DNA from: Heptranchias perlo
Lineage: Eukaryota
Assembly (NCBI RefSeq): GCF_035084215.1
Contig: NW_027139939.1
Span: 1 to 64,000, forward strand
DNA: 64,000 nt
Direction of reading: 5' to 3'
Positions 27,347-38,018 of the stretch are shown here, one piece after another. The translations under genes and the position numbers were made by a program. The notes beneath the pieces were generated by a model. The model saw only the letters and a program-made list of their open reading frames with translations. It was not told the origin of the DNA and made no database searches. Each line of letters starts with the position of its first letter. Position 1 is the first letter of the stretch.

Positions 27347-27402
27347 TATGTACCCGATCGAACCCTTTTCACATTTTCAATTGACTTGAGTTGTTTCTCC
27401 AG

Positions 27403-27678
27403 GTGTTTTCTTTGTCCAGGGAATGTGTGGCTGCGAACTGAACAGCGACAACTCCACGGAGGGGTTTATAAAGTTTGGATATGACGGGGAGGACGCGTAT
27501 GTTTTTGACAAGGACAGATTGAGTTGGATTGCGGTGAATCCAGAGTTCCAGACTTTAGCAGACCGGTGGAATGCGAACACCTTCATGAACAAATACTTCA
27601 AGACCCTGTTGGAAAAGGACTGTGTGAAGTGGCTGCTGATATACCTTCGGGCTGGGCGAGAAGCACTACAGAGGAAAG
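27403..27678 (+). CDS. MHC class I heavy chain, exon 3 (alpha2 domain)
   Basis: TTTCTCCAG acceptor, AAG|GTACC donor, 276 nt. VQGMCGCEL...FGYDGED...SWIA...W...DCVKWLLIYLRAGREALQRK with the C101-C164 disulfide pair. Confidence 0.95.
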
Positions 27679-28330
27679 GTACCTCGAGCGAGCGGGAACT
27701 GGAGGTGCCGTACAGGCAAAGTTTATATTCCCAGTCTGTCCTGAGCCAGCTGTTCCCGGACAGGGTAGCAGTGAGGGGTGCTGCACCTGGCCTCAGTACC
27801 CCTTGGGGTGGGTGGGGTGGGGATGGGGGAGATAATCGGGCAGGTGACCTAAATCCGATGACCTACTCAGTCTCCCCGGCTGGAAAGCCCGTGCGTGTTG
27901 ACATCGGGTGAGGACGGGGTTCAACTAAATTGTAATACCCCCATGGTTGAATAGCTTCCTGGTCCTCACTGTGAAGGCTCACTCGTGAACACTGGGTGCT
28001 TGTGTGCGTTACCGGAACGTGACCCGTTACATGGAATTTACAACACAGAAACAGGCCATTCGGCCCAACAGGTCTATGCCAGTGTTATTGCTGCACCCTC
28101 CCTACTTCATCTCCCCCGATCAGCATATCCTTCTATTCCTTTCTCCCTCATGTGTTTATCCAGCTTCCCCTTAAAGGCATCTGTGCTATTCGCCTCAACT
28201 ACTCCTTGTGAGAGCGAGCTCCACATTCAAACCACTCTCTGCGTTTCTCCTGAATTCCCCATTGGATTTATTAGTGACTCTCTTATATTTATGGCCCCTC
28301 GTTCAGGCCTCTGCCACAAGTGGAAACATC

Positions 28331-29992
28331 GGGGGAAAAATTTGGATGTGGCCGTTTTTGGGCGGGGGCAGCGTGATGTGCTTTACCCCGTGTCCAATGG
28401 TCCCGGCGCAGGCAGGATGCAAGTTTCGACCCACCCGAGGACCGACCTGCGATCAGCGTTCCATCCCAGGCCTTGCACCTGGAATCAATGCAATTCACAC
28501 TTTCCACCACCAGAGGGAGGGCAATCTCTTAAAGGGAGGATGTTTGTCAGAAATCTCTTAAAGGGAGCTGGTACCTGTTATTTGCTGAAAATAACAGTCT
28601 GCACGGAGTCTGAACGGAGATCAGACATCGCACACGTAAAACACGATGCAGGTCCCATCCCTATGTTTACACACTGATGAGTTATGTTAAAACATTGAAT
28701 AAAGGTTGCACACTACTAAATCCCACATCCTCCAATCTGCACACCAGACCTCACCAATCTGCCGATCTGAGTTGGTACCAGGCCTGTGAGAGTGCATGCA
28801 CCAAGGTTCTCTGCTGATGCACTAGAGACCTTGGTGCAAGAGGTGGACAGAAGGAGGGACATCCTATATCCGCAGTGGGGGGAAGGGAGCGGGAGGGCAA
28901 GAGACCCTCCAGACATTTACTCAAAAGGCAGTGGGAGGCAGCGGGGGACGAAGTCAATGCCAGGAGCACAGCATCATGAACATGGATGCAGTGCAGGAAG
29001 AAGTTCAATGCTTTGACATGAGTGGTCAAGGTGAGTGAGGTCAACTGTCAAGTGGTGTCTCCAACCAACTGCTCCACACACGACACCCCCATCACCCACA
29101 TACCAACAAACTCTTTCCATCAGTACTCAACTCTTCCCATCAGATGCTTCCTCTCACCCTTACACATTACCACTGTTTCAAGCCGTCCACCCACAACTCA
29201 CAGGCCACACGCACTGGCAGCTATTCAACCATGACAGGAACATCACCCAGACACAGGAGAAGGTGGTGCATATCAAGAGGCAGCAAGTGACAGTGGCATT
29301 CAGCCCCTCGAGCCTGTTCCACCATTCAATGAGATCATGGTGGACCTGTGACCTAACTCCATATACCCACCTTAGCCCCATATCCCTTAATACCCTTGGT
29401 TCACAGAAATCTATCAATCTCAGATTTAACATTCACAAGTGAGCGAGCATCAACTGCCGTCTGCAGAAGAGCGTTCCAAACATCTCCCACCCTTTGTGTG
29501 AAGAAGCATTTCCTAACTTCACTCCTGCACGTCATGGATCTAAATGTTTGGCGATGTCCCCGTGTCCCAGTATTCAAATGTAGGAGACCTCCAAAAACAG
29601 TTATGAATGTCTTGGCAGCCAGAAGCAATAATCCAGCCACTAACCTGTAAATCCTGCATGGTCCCTTTAAATAGAGCCGGTGGGGGGTCCTCCAGGAACT
29701 GTAAGACACGTTCAGATGGTCGGGGTTAAGACTGTGCGTTGAGTTGAGCGTTAAGTCCCGAAATGGTGTCTATCACTTTAAATCAGCGTTGCACACTGAC
29801 TGAAGCCATTTTCTCCCTACTTTACATGATTCCAGCGTTCGTTATCTGCGCCTGCGCTAACTCCGATACCAAGATGGCGTCTGGCGCACGTCACGCAGGA
29901 AATGTGCGTGCGCATCCAAGACGCCATCTTGGATGTCGGAGAGGCCGTCTAGCGCCGAAACAACGGGCGCTACACGGCCCTATTTAGCGCCC
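28331..29992 (+). mobile_element. PIF/Harbinger-like non-autonomous DNA transposon inserted into a CR1 fragment
   Basis: ATC flanks both ends (28328-30 and 29993-95); GGG...CCC termini with imperfect TIRs; decayed Myb/SANT-like segment APRFSADALETLVQEVDRRRDILY...W...EVNARS...TWMQCRKKFN; the interrupted CR1 (28030-28330 and 29993-30062) rejoins cleanly. Confidence 0.75.
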
Positions 29993-30203
29993 ATCTTCCC
30001 TACGTCTATCCTATCAAACCCTTTCATAATCTTAAAGACCTCTATCAGGTGACCCCTCAGCTGAACTCCGGTGAACTCCAGCTGTCTCTCAGCATCAGTC
30101 ATCTGCCTTCAGGCCGAGAAAATTGATGGTGGTGGGCGGGGAAGAAATGAAGGCAAAAGAAGAGAACTTGTCACCGATTGTACTCTTTGTTTAAATCTCT
30201 CAG

Positions 30204-30476
30204 TCGCCCCTGAGGTGTTTATTGGGAAGAGGAGTGACGGGGACAGAGTGCTAAGGGTCTCCTGCCTTGTGTCGGGGTTCTACCCCTGGGCCATCGAGGT
30301 GACTTGGTTGGGGAATGGCGAGGAGATCGCTGACATTGAATCCAGTGACGTGCTGCCCAACCAGGATATGACCTATCGGGTACTGAAAACGATCGAGCTG
30401 AGTGGAGACGACAGGAAGAGCTACTCCTGTCATATCGAGCACGCCAGCCTCCTGCGGGGGATCAACGTACCCTGGG
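30204..30476 (+). CDS. MHC class I heavy chain, exon 4 (alpha3, C1-set Ig domain)
   Basis: CTCTCAG acceptor, G|GTGAGT donor, 273 nt. VAPEV...VSCLVSGFYPWAIEVTW...VLPNQDMTY...YSCHIEHASL...W. Confidence 0.96.
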
Positions 30477-30499
30477 GTGAGTGGCAAATCGGGGGGGGG

Positions 30500-33120
30500 T
30501 CCTCAGGGTCTTTCCCTGTGTCTCGGGGGGGCCGCAAGGTACTTCCTGGAACTCTGGGTCCTTCCCCGATTCTCGGGAGGGCCGCAGGGCTTTTCTCCGT
30601 GTCTTGGGGGCCCACAGGGTCCATCCCCATGCCTCTGGGTCATTCCCCGTGCCTCTGGGTCATTCCCCGTGCCTCTGGGTCATTCCCCGTGCCTCTGGGT
30701 CATTCCCCGTGCCTCTGGGTCCTTCCCCGTGCCTCTGGGTCCTTCCCCGTGCCTCTGGGTCCTTCCCCGTGCCTCTGGGTCCTTCCCCGTGCCTCTGGGT
30801 CCTTCCCTGTGCCTCTGGGTCATTCCCCGTGCCTCTGGGTCCTTCCCCGTGCCTCTGGGTCATTCCCCGTGCCTCTGCATCCTTCCCTGTGCCTCTGGAT
30901 CATTCCCTGTGCCTCTGGGTCATTCCCTGTGCCTCTGGGTCATTCCCTGTGCCTCTGGGTCATTCCCTGTGCCTCTGGGTCTTTCCCTGTGCCTCTGGGT
31001 CTTTCCCTGTGCCTCTGGGTCCTTCCCCGTGCCTCTGGGTCCTTCCCCGTGCCTCTGGGTCCTTCCCCGTGCCTCTGGGTCCTTCCCCATTCCTCTGGGT
31101 CCTTCCCCATTCCTCTGCATTCTTCCCCATGCCTCTGGGTCATTCCCTGTGCCTCTGGATCATTCCCCGTTCCTCTGCATCCTTCCCTGTGCCTCTGGGT
31201 CATTCCCTGTGCCTCTGGGTCCTTCCCCGTGCCTCTGGGTCCTTCCCCATTCCTCTGCATTCTTCCCCATGCCTCTGGGTCATTCCCTGTGCCTCTGGAT
31301 CATTCCCCGTTCCTCTGCATCCTTCCCTGTGCCTCTGGGTCCTTCCCCGTGCCTCTGGATCATTCCCCGTTCCTCTGCATCCTTCCCTGTGCCTCTGGAT
31401 CATTCCCTGTGCCTCTGGATCATTCCCTGTGCCTCTGGATCATTCCCTGTGCCTCTGGGTCATTCCCTGTGCCTCTGCGTCATTCCCTGTGCCTCTGGGT
31501 CATTCCCCGTGCCTCTGGGTCCTTCCCCGTGCCTCTGGGTCCTTCCCCGTGCCTCTGGGTCCTTCCCTGTGCCTCTGGTTCATTCCTCGTACCTCTGCAT
31601 CATTCCCTGTGCCTCTGGATCCTTCCCCGTGCCTCTGGGTCCTTCCCCGTGCCTCTGGGTCATTCCCTGTGCCTCTGGGTCTTTCCCTGTGCCTCTGGGT
31701 CCTTCCCCGTGCCTCTGGGTCCTTCCCCGTGCCTCTGGGTCCTTCCCCGTTCCTCTGCATCCTTCCCTGTGCCTCTGGATCCTTCCCCGTGCCTCTGGAT
31801 CCTTCCCCGTGCCTCTGGGTCCTTCCCCGTGCCTCTGGGTCCTTCCCCGTGCCTCTGGGTCCTTCCCCGTGCCTCTGGGTCATTCCCCGTGCCTCTGGGT
31901 CATTCCCCGTGCCTCTGGGTCATTCCCCGTGCCTCTGGGTCATTCCCCGTGCCTCTGGGTCATTCCCCGTGCCTCTGGGTCATTCCCCGTGCCTCTGGGT
32001 CATTCCCCGTGCCTCTGGGTCATTCCCCGTGCCTCTGTGTCTTTCCCTGTGCCTCTGGGTCCTTCCCCGTGCCTCTGGGTCCTTCCCCGTGCCTCTGGGT
32101 CCTTCCCCATGCCTCTGGGTCATTCCCTGTGCCTCTGGATCATTCCCCGTTCCTCTGCATCCTTCCCTGTGCCTCTGGGTCATTCCCTGTGCCTCTGGAT
32201 CATTCCCTGTGCCTCTGGGTCCTTCCCCGTGCCTCTGGGTCATTCCCCGTGCCTCTGGATCATTCCCTGTGCCTCTGGATCATTCCCTGTGCCTCTGGGT
32301 CCTTCCCCGTGCCTCTGGATCATTCCCCGTTCCTCTGCATCCTTCCCTGTGCCTCTGGATCATTCCCTGTGCCTCTGGGTCATTCCCTGTGCCTCTGGGT
32401 CATTCCCCGTGCCTCTGGATCATTCCCCGTGCCTCTGGGTCATTCCCCGTGCCTCTGGGTCATTCCCCGTGCCTCTGGGTCATTCCCCGTGCCTCTGGGT
32501 CATTCCCCGTGCCTCTGGGTCCTTCCCCGTGCCTCTGGGTCCTTCCCTGTGCCTCTGGTTCATTCCTCGTACCTCTGCATCCTTCCCTGTGCCTCTGGAT
32601 CCTTCCCCGTGCCTCTCGGTCATTCCCCGTGCCTCTGCATCATTCCCCGTGTCTCAGGGTCCTTCCCCGTGCCTCTGGATCATTCCCCGTTCCTCTGCAT
32701 CCTTCCCTGTGCCTCTGGGTCCTTCCTCGTGCCTCTGGATCATTCCTCGTACCTCTGCATCCTTCCCTGTGCCTCTGGGTCCTTCCTCGTGCCTCTGGGT
32801 CCTTCCCTGTGTCTCAGAGTCATTCCCTGTGCCTCTGGGTCCTTCCCCGTGCCTCTGGGTCATTGCCGTGCCTCAGGGTCCTTCCTTGTGTCTCTGCGTC
32901 CTTCCCCACTTCTCTGGATCCTCCCCTGTGACTCTAGATAATTCCCTGTGACTCGAGGTCATTGCTGTGCCTCAGGGTCCTTCCTTGTGTCTCTGCGTCC
33001 TTCCCCACTTCTCTGGATCCTCCCCTGTGACTCTAGATAATTCCCTGTGACTCGAGGTCATTCCCTGTGCCTCAAGGTCATTCCCTGTGCCGCAGGGTCC
33101 TTCCCCGTGTCTCTGCATCC
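30500..33120. repeat. 20-bp minisatellite (GCCTCTGGGTCATTCCCCGT), more than 110 copies
   Basis: Exact 20-nt period over 30631-32870 with degenerate edges; source of the 816-956 aa spurious ORFs. Confidence 0.97.
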
Positions 33121-33127
33121 TTCGGGG

Positions 33128-34200
33128 GAGCGCTGCACTGTCAAAGAGGCAGTACTGAGGGAGTGCGGCACTGTCGGAGGGTCAGTACTGAGGGAGAGCT
33201 GCACTGTCGGAGGGTCAGTACTGAGGGAGAGCGGCACTGTCGGAGGGTCAGTACTGAGGGAGAGCTGCACTGTCGGAGGGTCAGTACTGAGGGAGAGCGG
33301 CACTGTCGGAGGGTCAGTACTGAGGGAGAGCTGCACTGTCGGAGGGTCAGTACTGAGGGAGTGCGGCACTGTCGGAGGGTCAGTACTGAGGGAGAGCTGC
33401 ACTGTCGGAGGGTCAGTACTGAGGGAGAGCGGCACTGTCGGAGGGTCAGTACTGAGGGAGAGCGGCACTGTCGGAGGGTCAGTACTGAGGGAGAGCTGCA
33501 CTGTCGGAGGGTCAGTACTGAGGGAGAGCGGCACTGTCGGAGGGTCAGTACTGAGGGAGAGCTGCACTGTCGGAGGGTCAGTACTGAGGGAGAGCTGCAC
33601 TTTCGGAGGGTCAGTACTGAGGGAGTGCTGCACTGTCGGAGGGTCAGCACTGAGGGAGTGCTGCACTGTCGGAGGGTCAGTACTGAGGGAGTGCGGCACT
33701 GTCGGAGGGTCAGTACTGAGGGAGAGCTGCACTGTGGGAGGGTCAGTACTGAGGGAATGCTGCACTGTCGGAGGGTCAGTACTGAGGGTGAGCTGCACTG
33801 TCGGAGGGTCAGTACTGAGGGAGAGCTGCACTGTCGGAGGGTCAGTACTGAGGGAGTGCGGCACTGTGGGAGGTGCCAGCTTTCGGATGAGATGTTAAGT
33901 CAAGGCCCCAACTGCCATCTCAGGTGGAGGTAAAACATCCCATGACATTATTTCGAGGATGAGCAGGAGAGTTATCCCCGGTGTCCTGGCCAATATTTAT
34001 CCCTCAATAAACATGAATATAAAAAAAGTGATCTGATCATTATCACATTGCTGGTCGTGGGATCTTGCTGTGCGCAAATTGGCTGCCGGGTTTTCCACAT
34101 CACAACAGTGACTACACTTCAAAATAGTTTAATTGGCTGTAAAGTGCTTTGAGACATCCTGAGCTCATGAAAGGTGTTATATAAATACACCTCTTCCTTT
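33128..34200 (+). mobile_element. DeuSINE with internal 33-bp minisatellite (33128-33870)
   Basis: The array runs straight into GGAGGTGCCAGCTTTCGGATGAGATGTTAAG...CCCCGGTGTCCTGGCCAATATTTATCCCTCAA and an L2-like tail. Confidence 0.88.
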
Positions 34201-34379
34201 TCTCTTTCAATAGCACATGCCCACCTTTCACGGTGTTACACTGAGCAAAATCCCCTTCAATTTACCCAATAGCACAATTGGTAAATGACCTGCCCAATGT
34301 GGATCAAAGACGGACAGACCAGAGGGTCCCAGATTTAACCCCTGGCCTCTGCTGAGTGGGAGGATTTCAATTGGAGAGA

Positions 34380-35470
34380 CTGCCCTTTCCCCATAGCCCT
34401 GTCACAATCCAAACTAACCCCACTGCCCCACTCTCTCCCCATAGCCCTGTATCAATCCCAAACTAATCCCACTGCCCCACTCTCTCCCCATAGCCCTGTA
34501 TCAATCCCAAACTAATCCCACTGCCCCGCGCCCTCCCCATAGCCCTGTATCAATCCCAAACTAATCCCACTGCCCCGCGCCCTCCCCATAGCCCTGTATC
34601 AATCCCAAACTAATCCCACTGCCCCACTCTCTCCCCATAGCCCTGTATCAATCCCAAACTAATCCCACTGCCCCACTCTCTCCCCATAGCCCTTTATCAA
34701 TCCCAAACTAATCCCACTGTCCCGCTCTCTCCACATAGCCCAGTATCAATCCCAAACTAATCCCACTGCCCCACTCTCTCCCCATAGCCCAGTATCAATC
34801 CCAAACTAATCCCACTGTCCCGCTCTCTCCCCGTAGCCCTGTATCAATCCCAAACTAATCCCACTGTCCCACTCTCCCCCCATAGCCCTGTATCAATCCC
34901 AAACTAATCCCACTGCCCCACTCTCTCCACATAGCCCTGTATCAATCCCAAACTAATCCCACTGCCCTACTCTCTCCCCATAGCCCTGTATCAATCCCAA
35001 ACTAATCCCACTGCCCCACTCTCCCCATAGCTCTGTATCATTCCCAAACTAATCCCACTGCCCCACTCTCTCCCCATAGCCCAGTATCATTCCCAAACTA
35101 ATCCCACTGTCCCACTCTCTCACCATAGCCCTGTATCAATCCAAAACTAATCCCACTGTCCCACTCTCTCCCCATAGCCCTGTATCAATCCCAAACTAAT
35201 CCCACTGTCCCACTCTCTCCCCATAGCCCCGTATCAATCCCAAACTAATCCACTGTCCCACTCTCTCCCCATAGCCCTGTATCAATCACAAACTAATCCC
35301 ACTGCCCCGCTCTCTCCCCACAGCCCTGTATCAATCCCAAACTAACCTCACTGCCCTGTATCTCCCTGAGCTTCGAATGTTTAGCCACCCTTCCCTTAAA
35401 ACATACAATGGTCTCTGTCTCAACCACTCCCTGTGGCCAAACATTGCAATCTGTAACCATCATCTGTGTA
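34380..35470 (-). repeat. 49-bp minisatellite (about 20 copies) continuous with a CR1 ORF2 C-terminal remnant
   Basis: Unit ATCAATCCCAAACTAATCCCACTGCCCCACTCTCTCCCCATAGCCCTGT; adjoining minus-strand peptide HFFTQ...VWPQGVVETET...GCGERAGQWD*. Confidence 0.9.
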
Positions 35471-35828
35471 AAGAAATGGCCAATAGATTCCCCTCCTTGG
35501 CATTGCACTGTTATTTTACAGTGTGTAATTCTGCAGCCTCTATCCCTGATATCAGATGGTTCGTGTGTTGATTTAATCTGCAGAGTACAGGAATTGCAAT
35601 TTAAACTCTGTAACTAGTCAGGAACTGCCCTGTTTCTGAGATTAATGAATGGTAACTAGTTGTATTCTGCTTATTATTTGTAATGGAGCCAGTTAGGCAT
35701 GTCTCAATCCATTTTAAATTGTTCATTACCCTATCAGACATGTACTGTACCAGTGTGCAGCTTAATGAAGTACCTAATAAAATCATTTGGAAATAATTAT
35801 TGATCAACATCATTTTAAAATTCAATAG

Positions 35829-36019
35829 AGAGGGCGACAGAAGGAGGCACGAATGTCGGGATTGGGACTGGAGCAGCAGCCGTCTCACTCACTCTTCTTG
35901 GCATCATCGTCGGAATTGGCTTCTGGAGCAAGAGGCAAAACAGGAGAGACCAGCAGAGCCCATCAGAGACCAGCAAAACCCATCAGAGACCAGTAGAAAC
36001 TGGCAGAGTCCTGCCGTGA
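35829..36019 (+). CDS. MHC class I heavy chain, exon 5 (connecting peptide, TM and cytoplasmic tail to stop)
   Basis: CAATAG acceptor, phase 1. ERATEGGTN-VGIGTGAAAVSLTLLGIIVGIGFW-SKRQNRR...ETGRVLP* (hydrophobic span then basic stop-transfer). This frame is absent from the ORF track. The 3' end assumes no further splicing. Confidence 0.78.
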
Positions 36020-36348
36020 TGAGCAGAGACTGGCAGAGTCCTGCAGTGACCGGCAGAGACCAGTAAGACCGGCAGAGTTCTGCAGTGACCAGCAGAGAAC
36101 ATCAGAGACCAGAAGGGACTGGCAGAGACCAGCAGAAAGTGACAGAGTCCAGCAGAGACGGACAATGTCAGAGACGAGCAGAGAACAGCAGGTTCCTCAC
36201 CTGCTGACCAACAAGATCCATTTTCAGGAGTTAATTCCACGAACGATATATTTTCTTCCATTCTCCTCCCATATTCTCCTGAAGTTGCAAACTCTTAACT
36301 GGTGTACGTGCCAGGACCACCCAGAATATCACCCGTGCTCCATCTTCA

Positions 36349-36745
36349 GATGTTTGATGGGACAGTGCAGAGGGAGCTTTACCCTGTATCTAACCCATGC
36401 TGTACCTGCCCTGGGAGTGTTTGATGGGACAGTGTAGAGGAAGCTTTACTCTGTATCTAACCCGTGCTGTACCTGCCCTGGGAGTGTTTGATGGGACAGT
36501 GTAGAGGAAGCTTTACTCTGTATCTAACCCGTGCTGTACCTGCCCTGGGAGTGTTTGATGGGACAGTGTAGAGGGAGCTTTACTCTGTATCTAGCCCGTG
36601 CTGTACCTGCCCTGGGAGTGTTTGATGGGACAGTGTAGAGGGAGCTTTACTCTGTATCTAACCCATGCTGTACCTGCCCTGGGAGTGTTTAATGGGACAG
36701 TGTAGAGGGAGATTCACTCTATCTAGCCCATGTTGTACCTGGCCA
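36349..36745. repeat. 67-bp minisatellite (about 6 copies)
   Basis: GGGAGTGTTTGATGGGACAGTGTAGAGGGAGCTTTACTCTGTATCTAACCCGTGCTGTACCTGCCCT, period 67 (36413 and 36480). Confidence 0.95.
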
Positions 36746-36974
36746 TACCCATGTTTATACCAGCTGTGGTTTGTCCTGTGCAGCAAAAGTTCCCACAACC
36801 CAAACCCACACACCAGAGGCAAGTATTCCGCTAGATGTCAACCCAGAATTCAGGGTGAGTCTCCACTCGCCGGGACTGGGGCTCAAACCCTGCCCTTTCT
36901 GACTCAGGGGCAAGAATTCTACAGTTAAGCCAAAGGTTCGCTCCCACCGAGAGGGAACAATTGGATTGAAAAAA

Positions 36975-38018
36975 AGTACTTGCATTTATATGGCGCCTTT
37001 CACGACAATAGGTCGTCCCAAACCTTTACAGCCAATGAAGTACTTTTGAAGTGTAGTCACTGTTGTCATGTAGTAAACATGGCAGCCGATTTACACTCAG
37101 CAAGATCCCACAAACAGCAACGTGATAATGAGCAGATCATCTGTTTTTCAGTGATGTTGGTTGAGGGATAAATATTGGCCAGGACACCAGGGAGAACAGG
37201 ATACAGCACAAACCCTCGCCATGCTTCCCACCACCTCCAGGGGCTCGGCCATCAGGTCGCATCGTCCACCACGAATAGCAGGTGAATCCCCCTCGCACGA
37301 ACCCGTCTACCACCACCCAACGGTGTCAGCTATGGCTCAGTGGGTGGTCGAAATAGTGTTATGGGATCTTTTACGTCTGCCAGAGAGGTTAGACAGGGCC
37401 TCGGTTTAACATCTCATCCGAAAGATGGCACCCCGTCAGTGCAGCGCTCCCTCAGTACTGTCCCTCAGATAGTACAGCGCTCCCTCAGTGCTGACCCTCC
37501 GACAGTACAGCGCTCCCTCAGTGCTGACCCTCCGACAGTGCAGCGCTCCCTCAGTACTGTCCCTCCGACAGTGCAGCACTCTCTCAGTACTGCCCTCCAA
37601 CAGTGCAGCACTCCCTCAGTACTGACCCTCCGACAGCGCAGTGCTCCCTCAGTACTGCCCCTCCGACAGCTCAGTGCTCCCTCAGTACTGACCCTCCGAC
37701 TGTGCAGCACTCTTTCAGTACTGCCCCTCCGACAGCGCAGTGCTCTCTCAGTACTGCCCCTGCGACAGCGCAGTGCTCCCTCAGTACTGCCCCTCCGACA
37801 GCGCAGTGCTCCCTCAGTACTGCCCCTCCGACAGCGCAGTGCTCCCTCAGTACTGCCCCTCCGACTGTGCAGCACTCCCTCAGTACTGCCCCTCCGACAG
37901 TGCAGTGCTCCCTCACTACTGCACTCGGTGTGTCAGGCTAGATTTTGTGCTCAAGTCTCTGAAGTGGGACTTGATCCCATGACCTTGTGACTGAGAGAGG
38001 AGAGTGCTACCCACTGAG
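36975..38018 (-). mobile_element. Near full-length DeuSINE with internal 33-bp array (37435-37920)
   Basis: tRNA-like head at about 37925-38018, Deu domain, and tail CTTGCATTTATATGGCGCCTTTCACGAC. Confidence 0.85.

Noticed and set aside
30071-32951. 816-956 aa ORFs
   Set aside because: Only 30204-30476 is coding (alpha3 exon); the rest is read-through of a 20-bp minisatellite open in all three frames.
9590-36019. MHC class II or W-category chain, or classical class Ia
   Set aside because: The three extracellular exons (alpha1, alpha2, alpha3) give class I architecture, and loss of most peptide anchors argues against a classical gene.
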